DNA from: Promethearchaeota archaeon | GTDB taxonomy: Archaea; Asgardarchaeota; Lokiarchaeia; Sigyniarchaeales; SOKP01 | Direction of reading: 5' to 3' | NCBI GenBank assembly: GCA_019057865.1 | Contig: JAHLWP010000020.1 | Location: 1 to 64,000, forward strand | Length of the DNA stretch: 64,000 nt | Part shown: positions 41,201 through 52,644 of the stretch, piece after piece | Numbering within the stretch: position 1 is the first letter of the stretch | Layout: the number at the start of each line of letters is the position of its first letter | Notes under the pieces: generated by a model | What the model was told of the DNA's origin: nothing | The model's database searches: none | What the model saw: the letters and a program-made list of their open reading frames with translations, nothing else | Position numbers and translations under genes: made by a program

Positions 41201-41893
41201 ATGCGATTTTTGAGAAGGAATAAAAAAAAAAACAAAGGGGAATCTCAAAAATATCAAAATAAAAAACCATGTAGAAATTGCGGTAAGTTGATGCCCCGTG
41301 GAAATCCATATTGTTACTCATGCGGAACAAACCAAAAGACAGGAGAAGTAGATAGCGCATTTAATTTTAAAAGACAAACTCCATCACTCTTAGCAATATC
41401 TTATGGAGGTAAAGTGACTCAAGAAGGATTAAAATGTGTACGCTGTAAATCAGCAGAAGATTTAGAATATTATAATATGTCAGAATCATTTAAAAAGAAA
41501 GAAAGAAGTGTACCGATAACAAAGGTGTATACCGCTCGGCCATCCTTCAATTTTCCTACCTGCTCAAATTGTGCAAGAAGTTTTAGGAATTGGAAAAAAT
41601 TAAAATGGGTATTTATAATTGTAGTACTTTTATGGGTATTTTTAAGTATTCCTGTCTACAGAACTCTGTCAATTGGATTTTTCATAACTTATGCTTCAAT
41701 AGCTATCATTATAGTAATCATATCCTTTGCACTTTTTACAAGACTTAAAAGCAATCCAAATAGATGGATGAAAATAAGCGGAATTTTCTCAAAAATTGAT
41801 AAGGGCTTTATATATAAAGGTTATGTCAAACCTCCAAACTCGAAGGAGTGGATTGACTATGATAAATGGATCGAAGAAATAAAAAAGGAATAA
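41201..41893 (+). CDS. Zinc-ribbon membrane protein
   Basis: CRNCG...CYSCG and CVRC...CSNC motifs, plus two TM helices. Confidence 0.7.
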   Translation: MRFLRRNKKKNKGESQKYQNKKPCRNCGKLMPRGNPYCYSCGTNQKTGEVDSAFNFKRQTPSLLAISYGGKVTQEGLKCVRCKSAEDLEYYNMSESFKKKERSVPITKVYTARPSFNFPTCSNCARSFRNWKKLKWVFIIVVLLWVFLSIPVYRTLSIGFFITYASIAIIIVIISFALFTRLKSNPNRWMKISGIFSKIDKGFIYKGYVKPPNSKEWIDYDKWIEEIKKE

Positions 41894-42243
41894 CTTATTT
41901 CCTCATAATTCCAAAAAATGGATCATTCAATATTTTGATACAACAGACCATATTTACATCCATATTGAATTGGACACTGAAGAATCTGAATTAAATGTTT
42001 TTTATTCTAGGGATGCAATTAATGATGATGAATGTAATTGTGGGCATATTTCTTCAAATAATATCTACTATTACACAATGTGGGACTTCTAATTTCAATT
42101 TGTGGAAATGTTAGAAGACATTTTATTGGGATTGAATGAAGCTATAGAGTATACCAAAAAATCCTAAAGAAAATTTAGTACAAATAATTAATTACATTGA
42201 TAAAACGTGCTGTTTTTAAAATTCATAATCAATAAAGAATTAA

Positions 42244-42837
42244 ATGTCACCTTTCAATACTGCTGAGTTCTTTATATTTCTTTTAATCTTAGTTATTCTA
42301 TTAGTTTTTCTTAATATAGTTTTTTTCATCTCTCAGAAAAGGGAGCAACCTGCTAACAAATTAAAAATCCTTATAATTATACTATTTGGAATTTCTATAC
42401 CTTTATTTATCTTAGATTCGACTTCTTATCTCAATTTAGCATCAGAATCGTTGAGGTCTTCAGAAAAAGTATTATTAAGCAACATTTTCCTAATTCTCTT
42501 ATGTTTTTCTGTAGGATTATTTTTTCATTCAACATATAGTTCTGGAGATGATATTATCGATCTAGAAAAACCCTCTTATTTTAAATCAAGAAAAGGAGTT
42601 ATTAAAATTGGGAGAGTTATGGAAAGGGCACATAAAAAAAACCAATATTATCTCTCTCTTAAAGACCTTGAAAAACATGTATTCGTGTGTGGTGCTACAG
42701 GTACAGGGAAAAGTAATTTTATTCAGCATTTTCTGATTAATTTCACAAAGCACTACGGAATGGGTTTTTATGTAATTAGAAAATGCGCCTTCATCAAAAC
42801 AAATATTTATATACATATTTATCATATATACTATTGA
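42244..42837 (+). pseudogene. Truncated membrane-anchored HerA/VirB4-like ATPase
   Basis: Three TM helices, then KHVFVCGATGTGKS (Walker A). The frame ends soon after, with no Walker B. Confidence 0.7.
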
Positions 42838-42944
42838 CAAAAATGTACTATAAAATTTTTTAATCAATATTCAATTATATTGATTTTTAAAAGACAAAAG
42901 GGAAATTTTTGAAATCCAATAAAATTATAAAGGAGTTGATGTAA

Positions 42945-43682
42945 ATGGTAAGTGAAATTTCAAAAATTATATTAGATGGAGAGGAATATTCGATATCTGA
43001 AGACCGGAAACATATTACGGGTCCTAAGAAGAAGTATACAAAAGAAGATTTTAAAGAAGAAAAGGGAAAAAAAATACCTTTTCTAATAGCACCACGGGAA
43101 TCAGCTAAAGATGGAATTATTTATGGTTTTTCTAATGAAGAAAAAATGGAAAAATGGTTAAAGGAAAAAAATAAGTTTGAAGAATATGAAAGAGAGAAAG
43201 AACTGGATAAGAAACTTAAGAGAGAAAGATCTCCTGAAGAAAGTGAAAAGATTAAACAATACCAAATAAAATTTGTAGAAAAAGATACTAAAAACTTCAA
43301 GAAATTGTTGGATAAACATAATCTAAAACCTGAACAAATCGACGAATTAGAAAAGTTATCAGAAGATTATGATCCACATTTCAAACAAAAACCACGTAGT
43401 TTGTATCTCTATGATCGCGTGTGGTATGGAAGTCCGTATATAAAGCTTAGAGGAGGACATCAGTATTGCGGTAAGAGATATATGATAGCTTATCCAAATC
43501 TTGGTTATTTTGGTTTTGATAATAAGGCATCTTCAGCAAAGCTTAATTGCGGAAGCACTGCTAAACTTTATACAGATAGAGGTTTTCTTGGAGCATCGCT
43601 TAAAATTGAGTGGAATTGGTTTGATCTAGATTTCTGGGTGTGGGATTTCGGCAATTCCGTATCTTCTGCAAAAGTATGGTAG
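42945..43682 (+). CDS. Hypothetical protein with beta/gamma-crystallin-like C-terminal domain
   Basis: FDNKASSAKL...LYTD..F.G...FGNSVSSAKV Greek-key-like motifs; AAGGAG SD. Confidence 0.6.
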   Translation: MVSEISKIILDGEEYSISEDRKHITGPKKKYTKEDFKEEKGKKIPFLIAPRESAKDGIIYGFSNEEKMEKWLKEKNKFEEYEREKELDKKLKRERSPEESEKIKQYQIKFVEKDTKNFKKLLDKHNLKPEQIDELEKLSEDYDPHFKQKPRSLYLYDRVWYGSPYIKLRGGHQYCGKRYMIAYPNLGYFGFDNKASSAKLNCGSTAKLYTDRGFLGASLKIEWNWFDLDFWVWDFGNSVSSAKVW

Positions 43683-43909
43683 AACAACATAATAACTGAT
43701 TATTAGCTTGAAAACATATTATTAATCATTTTTTTTTTTTTTTCCATCGAAAAATTGGCTTATGGGATCAAGTATAGAGCTAAAATCTGGAGCTGAATTG
43801 TAGTTTGACATGATAACTCAAGAGCAGAAAATTTATTATTTTATGTTATAGAACATTAGATATTCCGAAAATGAGATGCTTATTGGAATATTTAAAAGAT
43901 TTTTGATGT

Positions 43910-44491
43910 TTATATTGTATTCAAAAAATATGCAAATATAAAAAAGGTATTTAAAAACAGAAAAATAACTGCATTCCATATTTTTTTTTTCTTTTCTTCT
44001 TTCTCTTCCCTTTTCTTGATTATAGCTATGAGGAAATTAATAATAGCAATGGTAGGAAGCCCATATAAGATTAGTGTTATTAGATTTAAACCCAAGATAT
44101 TTAAATCTTCTAAGGGTATCAAAATCCACCCAAAAAATTGTATTTTAAACCAAAATCTTCCAACAATCCGATCTTGTGGAATTGGTGCATCATCAGGACG
44201 AGTATTGGCATCACCTTGAGTAATAAAATAAATAATTCCTTGTTCTTCAAAATTATCTACTATTCGGTGAACAATTAGATACTCAGGAGCCCCATCCCAT
44301 AAACCATGAGCATCGAATGCAATTATCATTCCAATTTGTAGGTCTTCTGGGTTAACCTTTTTGGTTTGTACAAAATCACCTGTAGATATTTCAGGTTCCA
44401 TTGATCCGGTTCTGATTGCTAAAAATGGAGCCTGGGATGTCAATTTTACCATAAATCCAACTACATAGGGGGAAAATAGAACAAGGAGCAT
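43910..44491 (-). CDS. Signal peptidase I (Sec11 type)
   Basis: TGSMEP, GD, IVHRI and TQGDAN motifs. The frame is open upstream to a possible ATT start at 44560. Confidence 0.85.
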   Translation of the reverse strand: MLLVLFSPYVVGFMVKLTSQAPFLAIRTGSMEPEISTGDFVQTKKVNPEDLQIGMIIAFDAHGLWDGAPEYLIVHRIVDNFEEQGIIYFITQGDANTRPDDAPIPQDRIVGRFWFKIQFFGWILIPLEDLNILGLNLITLILYGLPTIAIINFLIAIIKKREEKEEKKKKIWNAVIFLFLNTFFIFAYFLNTI

Positions 44492-44593
44492 AATTACTCC
44501 AAAATAAGAGAGTATGTTCCATATTTTATTTTTTTTCTTTTCTTTTCTTTTATTTGAAATATTAAAACACCAAAGATATTAAAGCTAAATTTT

Positions 44594-45280
44594 TTAATTT
44601 TCTACCTTTTTCTTGATATGTTTAGTTTTATAAGAATTGATAATTAGGAATAAACTGAATATGATAATTATAATAATCCATGAATAGATATTTTGTTCAA
44701 AAATATCTCTATAAAGAATATAAGCCAAAATTCCTATTCCAAAAATTAATAAACAATTAGAGAAATCCAAAATTAAATCCAATTCATTATTTGATTTCAT
44801 CAGATTTGCTTCTCTTTTTTGTTCATAGGTAATATGGTTTTTGAGATATTGAATAATTTGTTGTTTATCTTGCTCGTTGAAATTCCTCCAGTTTTTTTCT
44901 GAATATTTGTTTTTTTCTATTTTTCTATTAATAAGGTCTACCATTTCATCAGTACTATTGATATTTCCTTTCTTAGTTTTAATAAACATTGAAATTATTG
45001 CTGAGAAAATAAATCCTAAAAGAATTAATCCATGAGCTACTAAAAATAAGAATTCATTTCTAGGGGATAAACCTATATCCTCAATTTGAAGTGCAATACC
45101 TAAAAGAATAGAAAAAATTAACCCTGTAATTGTTGAATTTCGCGTTAATTGTCGTTTAAGGTACTTATCTCTTTTACTATGTTTTTTATTTTTATGTATT
45201 TGATTGTTCAGAGTATAAAAACTACTTTCATAAAGAGTGTAATTAAGTTCAGTACCTAACATTTTATCATCCTCATTCAT
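44594..45280 (-). CDS. Hypothetical membrane protein
   Basis: 228 aa with four hydrophobic segments. Confidence 0.6.
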   Translation of the reverse strand: MNEDDKMLGTELNYTLYESSFYTLNNQIHKNKKHSKRDKYLKRQLTRNSTITGLIFSILLGIALQIEDIGLSPRNEFLFLVAHGLILLGFIFSAIISMFIKTKKGNINSTDEMVDLINRKIEKNKYSEKNWRNFNEQDKQQIIQYLKNHITYEQKREANLMKSNNELDLILDFSNCLLIFGIGILAYILYRDIFEQNIYSWIIIIIIFSLFLIINSYKTKHIKKKVEN

Positions 45281-45430
45281 TAATTGTTATATTGAAATCT
45301 TAAATATAACATTTTTGTAAAAATTCTATTAAATAATTTTTTTTTAAAAAATAAGGGAGATATAATGGGTTATCCTGAATTTTTAACAACTTTTTTTAAT
45401 GTATAAGTCCCATTTCTAAGTAAAGAATTT

Positions 45431-45665
45431 AAGTATTATTAAGACAATTTAGATATATGTCATTATTCATAGTACCAGGATCTAAATCGATTCCAATGGG
45501 ATTATCATTGATAATATTCTCTGAAATAACGTTACTCACAAAAATAATAATACAGAAGTATTATTAAGACAATTTAGATATATGTCATTATTCATAGTAC
45601 CAGGATCTAAATCGATTCCAATGGGATTATCATTGATAATATTCTCTGAAATAACGTTACTCACA
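45431..45665. repeat. Exact 110-bp tandem duplication (45431-45540 and 45556-45665)
   Basis: Two identical blocks separated by 15 bp. Confidence 0.9.
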
Positions 45666-46279
45666 CAGCCAGATCGCAAAGATATTCCAGTATCTAGGTT
45701 ATTTGATACAATATTATTCGAAATGGTATTATAACGAGTTGCGCCTATCAAACCTTCTAATAATATTCCATAAAATTCACCATATGAAGCAATATTATTC
45801 GAAATTGTATTATAGCTTGAATTTCGCAGAAATATTAACGCTCCTGTAGGCAATCCCATGCTATTTCCTGTTATTTTACCATTAGTAACATTTCTTAAAA
45901 GAATACCAGCAAAATCACCATGTGCTATGAAAAGACAATTTTCTATTTTGAAATGCTTTCGAGAATGTACAATTGCTAAAGGGGTCTCAAAATAAGCGGA
46001 AGTATTGAATATATGATTTTTTATAACATATGGATTACTTGATGTTCCAGATCCAGTACAATATCCTTGATCTTTTGCCCAGCTCCAATTTATAAGACTC
46101 CCAGGAAGGTCGGTTATCCATATTGGAGTATTATATTCTGTAGAAATTTGTAGACTATTGTTTCTAGAGAATTCTTCAGATTTATGATTTGAAATCCTTG
46201 AAATGCTGAAATATATGGGTAATATAAACAAACCCAGCAATAAAGAACAAAATATAAATTTTTTTGCATTTAATTTCAT
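45536..46279 (-). pseudogene. Truncated NosD-repeat surface protein
   Basis: Paralog of 4920-6797 (YCTGSGTSSNPYVI). It ends at the duplication without a C-terminal anchor. Confidence 0.65.
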
Positions 46280-46478
46280 TATTCTTAACCCATTTAAACT
46301 TTGAATTATATTTGGATTAAAATTAAATTAAACAATCTTACTTATTAATAATTACTAAATTTCAATTGAACATAAATGAAATATTTTCTCTAAGTCCAAT
46401 ACTTAAATTATAAAGAGAAGATATGCTATATAGATCATAAATATATTTAATATCCAAGAAAGTAAATTCTTAAAGAAA

Positions 46479-46832
46479 ATGTCAAGACTCGCAGAAATTT
46501 TGAAAAGAAAAGCAGAAAGAAAGAAAAAATTACAGCAATCTTTAGAATCATTAATTAATCAATTGAAGAGTTTAGGTGCACTGAAAATTATACTTTTTGG
46601 TTCACTTGCGAGAGATGAAATAGATATACACAGCGATCTCGATGTATTCGTGCTAATGCCGTCAAATAAGAGCGGAAAAGAATGGATGGATATAATTTAC
46701 GAAAAGTTCGAAATAGGAGTTGCAGCGGATATAATAGCATATAATCTGGAAGAATTTAAAAAAAAATTATCTGTAAGTTCTTTTTTGGGTAATATTATTA
46801 ATTCAGGAAGAATCCTATATGAAAAAACCTGA
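46479..46832 (+). CDS. Minimal nucleotidyltransferase (MNT antitoxin)
   Basis: ILFGSLAR...SDLDV motif. Confidence 0.88.
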   Translation: MSRLAEILKRKAERKKKLQQSLESLINQLKSLGALKIILFGSLARDEIDIHSDLDVFVLMPSNKSGKEWMDIIYEKFEIGVAADIIAYNLEEFKKKLSVSSFLGNIINSGRILYEKT

Positions 46833-47235
46833 AAAAGAAGAAGCATTACGATGGCTAATCCATGCACAGGATGAATTTAAAGATGCAGATGAGTTAAGGA
46901 AAAGAAAACGGTTTTATCTTGCATTATTTCATTTTCAACAGGCTGCTGAAAAAGCTCTTAAGGCACTTCTCTATTTAAAAGTGAAATCTATTGAAATATT
47001 TTATACACATTCTGTTCATGAATTATTAGGTATGATGATTGAAATTGATACTGAATTTAAGAATGTTCTCTTAAGTAAAAAATTGGATCAATATTATATT
47101 CCAACTAGATACCCAAATGCTCTCCCTGGTGGAATACCTTCAAGATATTTCGACAACCCTCAAGAAGCGGAGGAGGCAATGAAACTTGCGAAAAATCTTA
47201 TTGAATTAGTAAACAAGAAAATTAACAAAGATTAA
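46819..47235 (+). CDS. HEPN-domain protein (MNT-HEPN pair)
   Basis: FHFQQAAEKALKA, THS and YIPTRYP motifs; overlaps the MNT gene. Confidence 0.88.
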   Translation: MKKPEKEEALRWLIHAQDEFKDADELRKRKRFYLALFHFQQAAEKALKALLYLKVKSIEIFYTHSVHELLGMMIEIDTEFKNVLLSKKLDQYYIPTRYPNALPGGIPSRYFDNPQEAEEAMKLAKNLIELVNKKINKD

Positions 47236-47351
47236 AGGAATTTGAAAACAACTGAAATTCTAAACAGCATATCTATTCATAAAAAATTAAACTGAAATCA
47301 TAACTTGATTCGATCACATCTTTTTTATATTGATGTGTTTTATCTTAGTAT

Positions 47352-47804
47352 ATGGATAAAATCCAAATTAAACCAATAGGCTTTGTAGAAAGGATATCGA
47401 CTGATGAAGACGATAAAGATAGAAGTCTTAGTTCAAAGATTATAATTAATAGAAGTCTAACTAAAGCGTTGGATGGTATTAATGATTTTTCCCACATCTA
47501 TGTGATCTTTTGGATGAATAGAGTAAAGGATACTAGCTATTTACATCATCCCAGTAAAAATCAAGAGTCAGAGCCAGTAGGAATTTTTGCGACGAGGGCT
47601 CCAATTCATCCAAATCCTATTGGGTTGACGCTAGTTGAGCTAATAAAGCATGAGGGGAATGTTCTTTGGGTGAGGGGTCTTGATGCTTATGACAAGACTC
47701 CGGTCTTAGATATTAAACCTTATCCCGATTGGGAGCATGGGAAATGTATTATAGTTGATGATTATAGAGTTCCTAAATGGTTGAAGAAAAATAAGCCAAT
47801 ATAA
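47352..47804 (+). CDS. trmO: TrmO/YaeB-family SAM-binding protein
   Basis: IKPIG, GIFATRAP..PNPIGL and GLDA..TPVLDIKPY motifs. Confidence 0.85.
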   Translation: MDKIQIKPIGFVERISTDEDDKDRSLSSKIIINRSLTKALDGINDFSHIYVIFWMNRVKDTSYLHHPSKNQESEPVGIFATRAPIHPNPIGLTLVELIKHEGNVLWVRGLDAYDKTPVLDIKPYPDWEHGKCIIVDDYRVPKWLKKNKPI

Positions 47805-47920
47805 AATACTGATAACGTATTATTTAATTAGGTATAATGTTCTCAAATTGACAAAAAATTATACATGAAACTTAACAATAGAGCAAATCCTTTTTATATT
47901 GGAGTGTTTTATTTTATGTT

Positions 47921-48466
47921 ATGAATATCCTAAACTCATTTATTATAATCCATCTTAAACTTAAGTAATATAAATTGCAGTTTATATTTTTCTTTTTGTT
48001 TTGGCTTATCGGTTTTCTTTTCTTTCTTATCACCGAACCCGAATATAATTTGGCTGAAGTAATTTTATTTTCAATAACTGTGAACATTCCTTTTAATGCA
48101 GGAGATTTTGGTCAATTCTATGCTGTAGTGTAGCCAATTCTATTAGAAGTGATTTTCTTTGGATTTATCATGGGAGAACTATTTGAAAAATATAACCCTG
48201 TTATTACTAGTAGAATTCTCGCTTCTCATAAACGAAATCATGCAGTAATTATTGGATATCATCATCTTTCTGAGAGGATTCTAGAGTATTGTGTTAAAAA
48301 AAAAGAACCATTCTGTCTTATTGAAGATAGTGAAGAAGCTGTCGAAGATTTAATTAATGTAGTACATCCACTAGTAATTGACGATGCCACTGAGACCGCT
48401 AAATTTGAATTGGCAAATGTAAAACATGCTAAGGAAGTTCTTATTAATAAAAGGTTTTTAAATTAA
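47921..48466 (+). pseudogene. Degraded membrane protein with TrkA-N/RCK domain (K+ channel-like)
   Basis: Frame from ATG 47921 has internal TAA (47966) and TAG (48131). The NHAVIIGY...DAT...ANV RCK motifs end prematurely. Confidence 0.65.
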
Positions 48467-48689
48467 TTTAATAATAAAAACTTTCCAAAAAAATAAAGCT
48501 TTTTAACCTATTTCTTTTAATGAAGTTTTTAAATTTCCTTTTTTTCTTTTTTTTCTCAATCAGTATTTCCTTGATTAATTTATAAATTGATTAAATCAAT
48601 TAAATACAAATTAAGAAAATTATAAATTTAATGTGAGAATTTTTTTACTTACTTAATATTGTTTAACTAAATTATGTGAGGAAATTTAA

Positions 48690-50240
48690 ATGAATCTTAG
48701 AGAATTAGTCGAGATTCAGGCAGAAAAATATAAAGATAAACCATTTTTATATTGGCAAGATGAAACAGTTTCTTATTCCCAAATAAATGAACTTACAAAC
48801 AAAGTAGCGAATTTTCTATATGATTTGGGAATTAGAAAAGGAGATAGAGTCAGTGTTTACTTGCCGAATATGCCACAATATGTGTATTTATATTTAGGAA
48901 TTCCTAAAATCGGTGCGGTTACTGGTCCTGTTAATGCATTATTTAAACCACGTGAAGTGAAATTTGTAGTGGGTCATTCAGAAGCTAAAGCTCTAGTTAC
49001 AATACCAAAATTAATGCCATTGGTTAATGAAATTAAAAAAGATCTTCCCAATTTGAAACACGTGATTGTAATTGGAGAACCTGTTGAAGGTACTTTGAAT
49101 TTTACGGGATTAATGAATAATGCATCAGCAGATGCACCACCTACAGTTGAAATCGATGAAAGAGAAGACCCTGCTGCTATCCTTTATACATCAGGAACAA
49201 CAGGTTTTCCAAAAGGCGTATTGCAAACTCACTTTAATATAAGGAGAAACGCAGAAATGATAAAAGATTTCTTAAAAGCAGGGGAAGATTATCGATTCAT
49301 GCTAATTTTACCATTATTCCATGTTAATGCTCAAATTGTTACAATTATGGGACCCTTTACAATCGGAGCTAGTTGTATTCTAACACCTGGATTTTCAGCC
49401 CAAACCCATTGGGAAACTGTAGCGAAATATAAGGCTTCTACTTTCAGTTGTGTTCCGACAGTGCTTTCTATCTTGCTTAGAATGCCTCATGAAAATCTGG
49501 ATCTTTCTTCCTTAAAATTTATTATTTGTGGAGCTGCTCCTTTGCCTGTGGAGGTATTTAGAGAATTTGAGAAAACATTTAATTGCAAAATTGTAGAAGG
49601 TTACGGACTTACGGAAGGTACATGTGCTTCTTCAGTAAATCCGCTTCCTACAGAAACCGAAGATAAGCGAAAAATAGGAAGTATTGGTATACCGTTGCCG
49701 GGTAATGAAATGAAGATTGTAGATAACGATGGTAATGACGTTCCTCCAAATACTAAAGGTGAAATTATTGTTAAAGGAGATAATATCATGAAAGAATATT
49801 TCAAAAACCCAGAAGCTAATGTTGAAACCCTTAAAGGTGATTGGTTATATACTGGAGACATTGGTTATATGGATGCTGATGGTTTTTTTTACATTACAGA
49901 TCGAAAGAAAGATATGATCATCCGAGGTGGAGAAAACATTTATCCTCGGGAGATAGAAGAAGTATTATATTCACATCCAGATGTCTCGTTAGCTACAGTT
50001 ATTGGAATACGGGACAAAATCTATGGAGAACTTCCTAAAGCGTTTATAGTATTGAAAGAAGGCAAATCTGTATCTGATGAAGAAATTATTGAATATTGCA
50101 AAAAGAACCTAGCTGATTTCAAAGTTCCTAAATATGTGGAATTTAGAGATGATTTACTTAAAACGCCTACCGGAAAAATAATGAAACAACCACTACGCGA
50201 AGAAGAAGAAGCAAAAACTGGTAAAATTTTCAATCCTTAA
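48690..50240 (+). CDS. Long-chain fatty-acid--CoA ligase
   Basis: YTSGTTGFPKG, EGYGLTE, TGD, DRKKD and TGKI motifs. Confidence 0.92.
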   Translation: MNLRELVEIQAEKYKDKPFLYWQDETVSYSQINELTNKVANFLYDLGIRKGDRVSVYLPNMPQYVYLYLGIPKIGAVTGPVNALFKPREVKFVVGHSEAKALVTIPKLMPLVNEIKKDLPNLKHVIVIGEPVEGTLNFTGLMNNASADAPPTVEIDEREDPAAILYTSGTTGFPKGVLQTHFNIRRNAEMIKDFLKAGEDYRFMLILPLFHVNAQIVTIMGPFTIGASCILTPGFSAQTHWETVAKYKASTFSCVPTVLSILLRMPHENLDLSSLKFIICGAAPLPVEVFREFEKTFNCKIVEGYGLTEGTCASSVNPLPTETEDKRKIGSIGIPLPGNEMKIVDNDGNDVPPNTKGEIIVKGDNIMKEYFKNPEANVETLKGDWLYTGDIGYMDADGFFYITDRKKDMIIRGGENIYPREIEEVLYSHPDVSLATVIGIRDKIYGELPKAFIVLKEGKSVSDEEIIEYCKKNLADFKVPKYVEFRDDLLKTPTGKIMKQPLREEEEAKTGKIFNP

Positions 50241-50555
50241 TTATTTTTTATTTTAATGAGTTTTTTTAGAAAGAAGATAGGAATAAAATATTTTAAGTTA
50301 ACTTTAACTTACTTCCTCTATTAGAATATCTTTTATTATTAGTTTTTCGTTAAAGTCCACTTCCCCATGTTTTTGAATGATTTCTTTACCAAAGAGATCT
50401 CCTCTAAAAGGATTTTTTTTAACTTTTTCTAGGATCATTAAAATTTATAGATAAAATATTAACTAAATAGGTAGCTATTAGAATTTGTAAAATATTTACT
50501 AAATTTCTTTATAATTAATAATGATTGATTTAATTTTTTTTATTTTAAATAAAAT

Positions 50556-52253
50556 TCAATAGATTTTTCTAAGGTGTTCTTTATCTATTGATATAGCTAA
50601 GGAATCATAAAATATTGAGCTGTATTTCCGGTAAAAATCTTCCTTTTTAGAGAGAATTAATTTTTTAGCTTCTTTTTTCTCAATTTTCCCTTCTGTCCAA
50701 AAGATCAAGCCGTTTGATTCTAAATCGATATTCTCTTCCTTTTTAATTATTTTGCCTGCTTTAATAACATATTCAATATTTGAAAAGGCAGTTTTTAATG
50801 TTTCAAAATCCTTTTCTAAATTAATGTCTCTAATATCAATATCCAAAATATTAATATCCGCATCAGCTCCAACACCCAGATTTCCTTTTATACTTCCTAA
50901 TCCAAGTGATTTTGCTGGACTTGCGCGAGTTAATATTACAAGTTCATTGAATGTAAGACACTTATCACTATTTTGTAACTTATTGTTTTTCAGAAATTCC
51001 TTATTCATATCTTTCATAAAATTAGCTCGCGCAATTTTACTTACCAACCAAGTAGCGATTTCAGGTATATTATTAATATTACTATAATTTGGATAATTTA
51101 GCGATAAACTGATTTGAAATTTATTTCTAATATTTAATGCTAAATCTATAGCATTTGCCCATAAAATACAATCATTATCATTTTCTTTTTTGAATTTTCT
51201 CATTGATACAAATGAATCCCCTTCAGATTCTATAGCAGAACTTACTAATTTATAAGGATTTTGTAGAAAATCAAGATTTAACATTGAATTTATTAACCTT
51301 CTATCTGAAGTAATCAATGGATTGATCTCATCGAAGCCTATAAAGCCTAAATCGATATCAAAAGTTTGATTTTCATTTAAGAATTTTATTATTCTTTCAT
51401 TATTCCCATCTTGAGTGTAAGCATTAGCATGAGCGATATGAAATATTTGTTCTCTCTTAATATCCAAACCTACTTTTGGATTTGGCTTTAAATCTAAACT
51501 CTTTATTCTCTCTAAAATTGTAAAAAGATTCTTTTCACCAATTTCAGTTTCATATCCTTCAATATGACAATGAGTAGAGTGTGGTAAACCTAAATTTTCA
51601 ACAGCTTTAGTGATATTTTCATAAACGTCCAAAGCATTAAAATTATATAATCTACCTGAAAGTGTAATATCACCTCTTAACTCTTTAAAATTCCATGCCT
51701 CAGATTCAAATGGATTATATACTTTAAATCCAAATCCATAAGTTTTTGATAAAAGATCAGAAAGAAATATTGCCATATCTTCAATTTTTGCCCTTTGAAA
51801 TTCTAATTCTAGAGCCCATAAATTACTCACATTCAAAAGCATACCTTTATCAATAACAGGAATTTGTTTAAAGTTAAATAATGTTTGTTTAGCTATAGAA
51901 GGGAATACATTTGCCTCAAGAATAAAGGTGTAACCATTTGAAATATAATCTATCGCTATATTTTTAAGAGTTAAGCCTTTCCAGATTTCCATAAAAGACT
52001 TATTTTTCATCCCTAATAATCTTGCCCAGTTAACTTGTTGAGATGCTACATGAGAATGAATATCAAGGGCAGATGGTATTACAGTCTTTCCATTAGCATC
52101 AATTTCCTGAACATTTTTCTCATTAGTAAATTTTTCTACAATTATCCCCTTTTCAATCAAGATATCTTTTTTCTCCCCTTCAATCGAGTTAATGGGGTCA
52201 TATATTAACCCATTCTTTATAATTAATTTCTCCATATCTCCTTTTCTCTCCAC
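50556..52253 (-). CDS. fwdA: Formylmethanofuran dehydrogenase subunit A-like amidohydrolase
   Basis: DIHSH, FKVYNP, LGLPHSTHCH and GVGADADI motifs. Confidence 0.8.
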   Translation of the reverse strand: MERKGDMEKLIIKNGLIYDPINSIEGEKKDILIEKGIIVEKFTNEKNVQEIDANGKTVIPSALDIHSHVASQQVNWARLLGMKNKSFMEIWKGLTLKNIAIDYISNGYTFILEANVFPSIAKQTLFNFKQIPVIDKGMLLNVSNLWALELEFQRAKIEDMAIFLSDLLSKTYGFGFKVYNPFESEAWNFKELRGDITLSGRLYNFNALDVYENITKAVENLGLPHSTHCHIEGYETEIGEKNLFTILERIKSLDLKPNPKVGLDIKREQIFHIAHANAYTQDGNNERIIKFLNENQTFDIDLGFIGFDEINPLITSDRRLINSMLNLDFLQNPYKLVSSAIESEGDSFVSMRKFKKENDNDCILWANAIDLALNIRNKFQISLSLNYPNYSNINNIPEIATWLVSKIARANFMKDMNKEFLKNNKLQNSDKCLTFNELVILTRASPAKSLGLGSIKGNLGVGADADINILDIDIRDINLEKDFETLKTAFSNIEYVIKAGKIIKKEENIDLESNGLIFWTEGKIEKKEAKKLILSKKEDFYRKYSSIFYDSLAISIDKEHLRKIY

Positions 52254-52257
52254 AAGA

Positions 52258-52641
52258 TTATTGTTTAATAGATTTTAGTAAACTTTCAAACGTTAAAACC
52301 GAATCTCTTGTAGCTTCCACATTTACCTTAATATTCTTAAAAATTAATTCATCATTTTCAATTCCAGTAATTTGGTTAGCCCAAATTGAAACTGGCATAA
52401 TGATTGTACCTTGGGGTATATCTTTATCTTGTTTAACCTTAATAACAACTTCTCCAAACTTACTAGTTACTTTTAAATTTAAGCTTGGACTTAAATTCAA
52501 TTTTTTGAAATCTTCAGGATTTACTATTCCTAAGGCTAAATTCTCTTTTAATGTTTCATTATTACCAACAGAATATTCTCTAAGTTGATCATAATCAACC
52601 ATTCTAACTGTATTAACTAGCATTTCCAATTTAATCACCAA
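52258..52641 (-). CDS. fwdD: FwdD-like molybdopterin dinucleotide-binding subunit
   Basis: NPEDF..L...KVTSKFGEVV...IPQG..MP..WAN...K motif. Confidence 0.8.
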   Translation of the reverse strand: MVIKLEMLVNTVRMVDYDQLREYSVGNNETLKENLALGIVNPEDFKKLNLSPSLNLKVTSKFGEVVIKVKQDKDIPQGTIIMPVSIWANQITGIENDELIFKNIKVNVEATRDSVLTFESLLKSIKQ

Positions 52642-52644
52642 ATT

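Noticed and set aside
48131-48133. TAG read-through in the RCK-domain gene
   Set aside because: The same frame also has a TAA and is truncated, which fits ordinary decay.
50304-50438. 44-aa minus-strand ORF after fwdA
   Set aside because: No motif or SD support.
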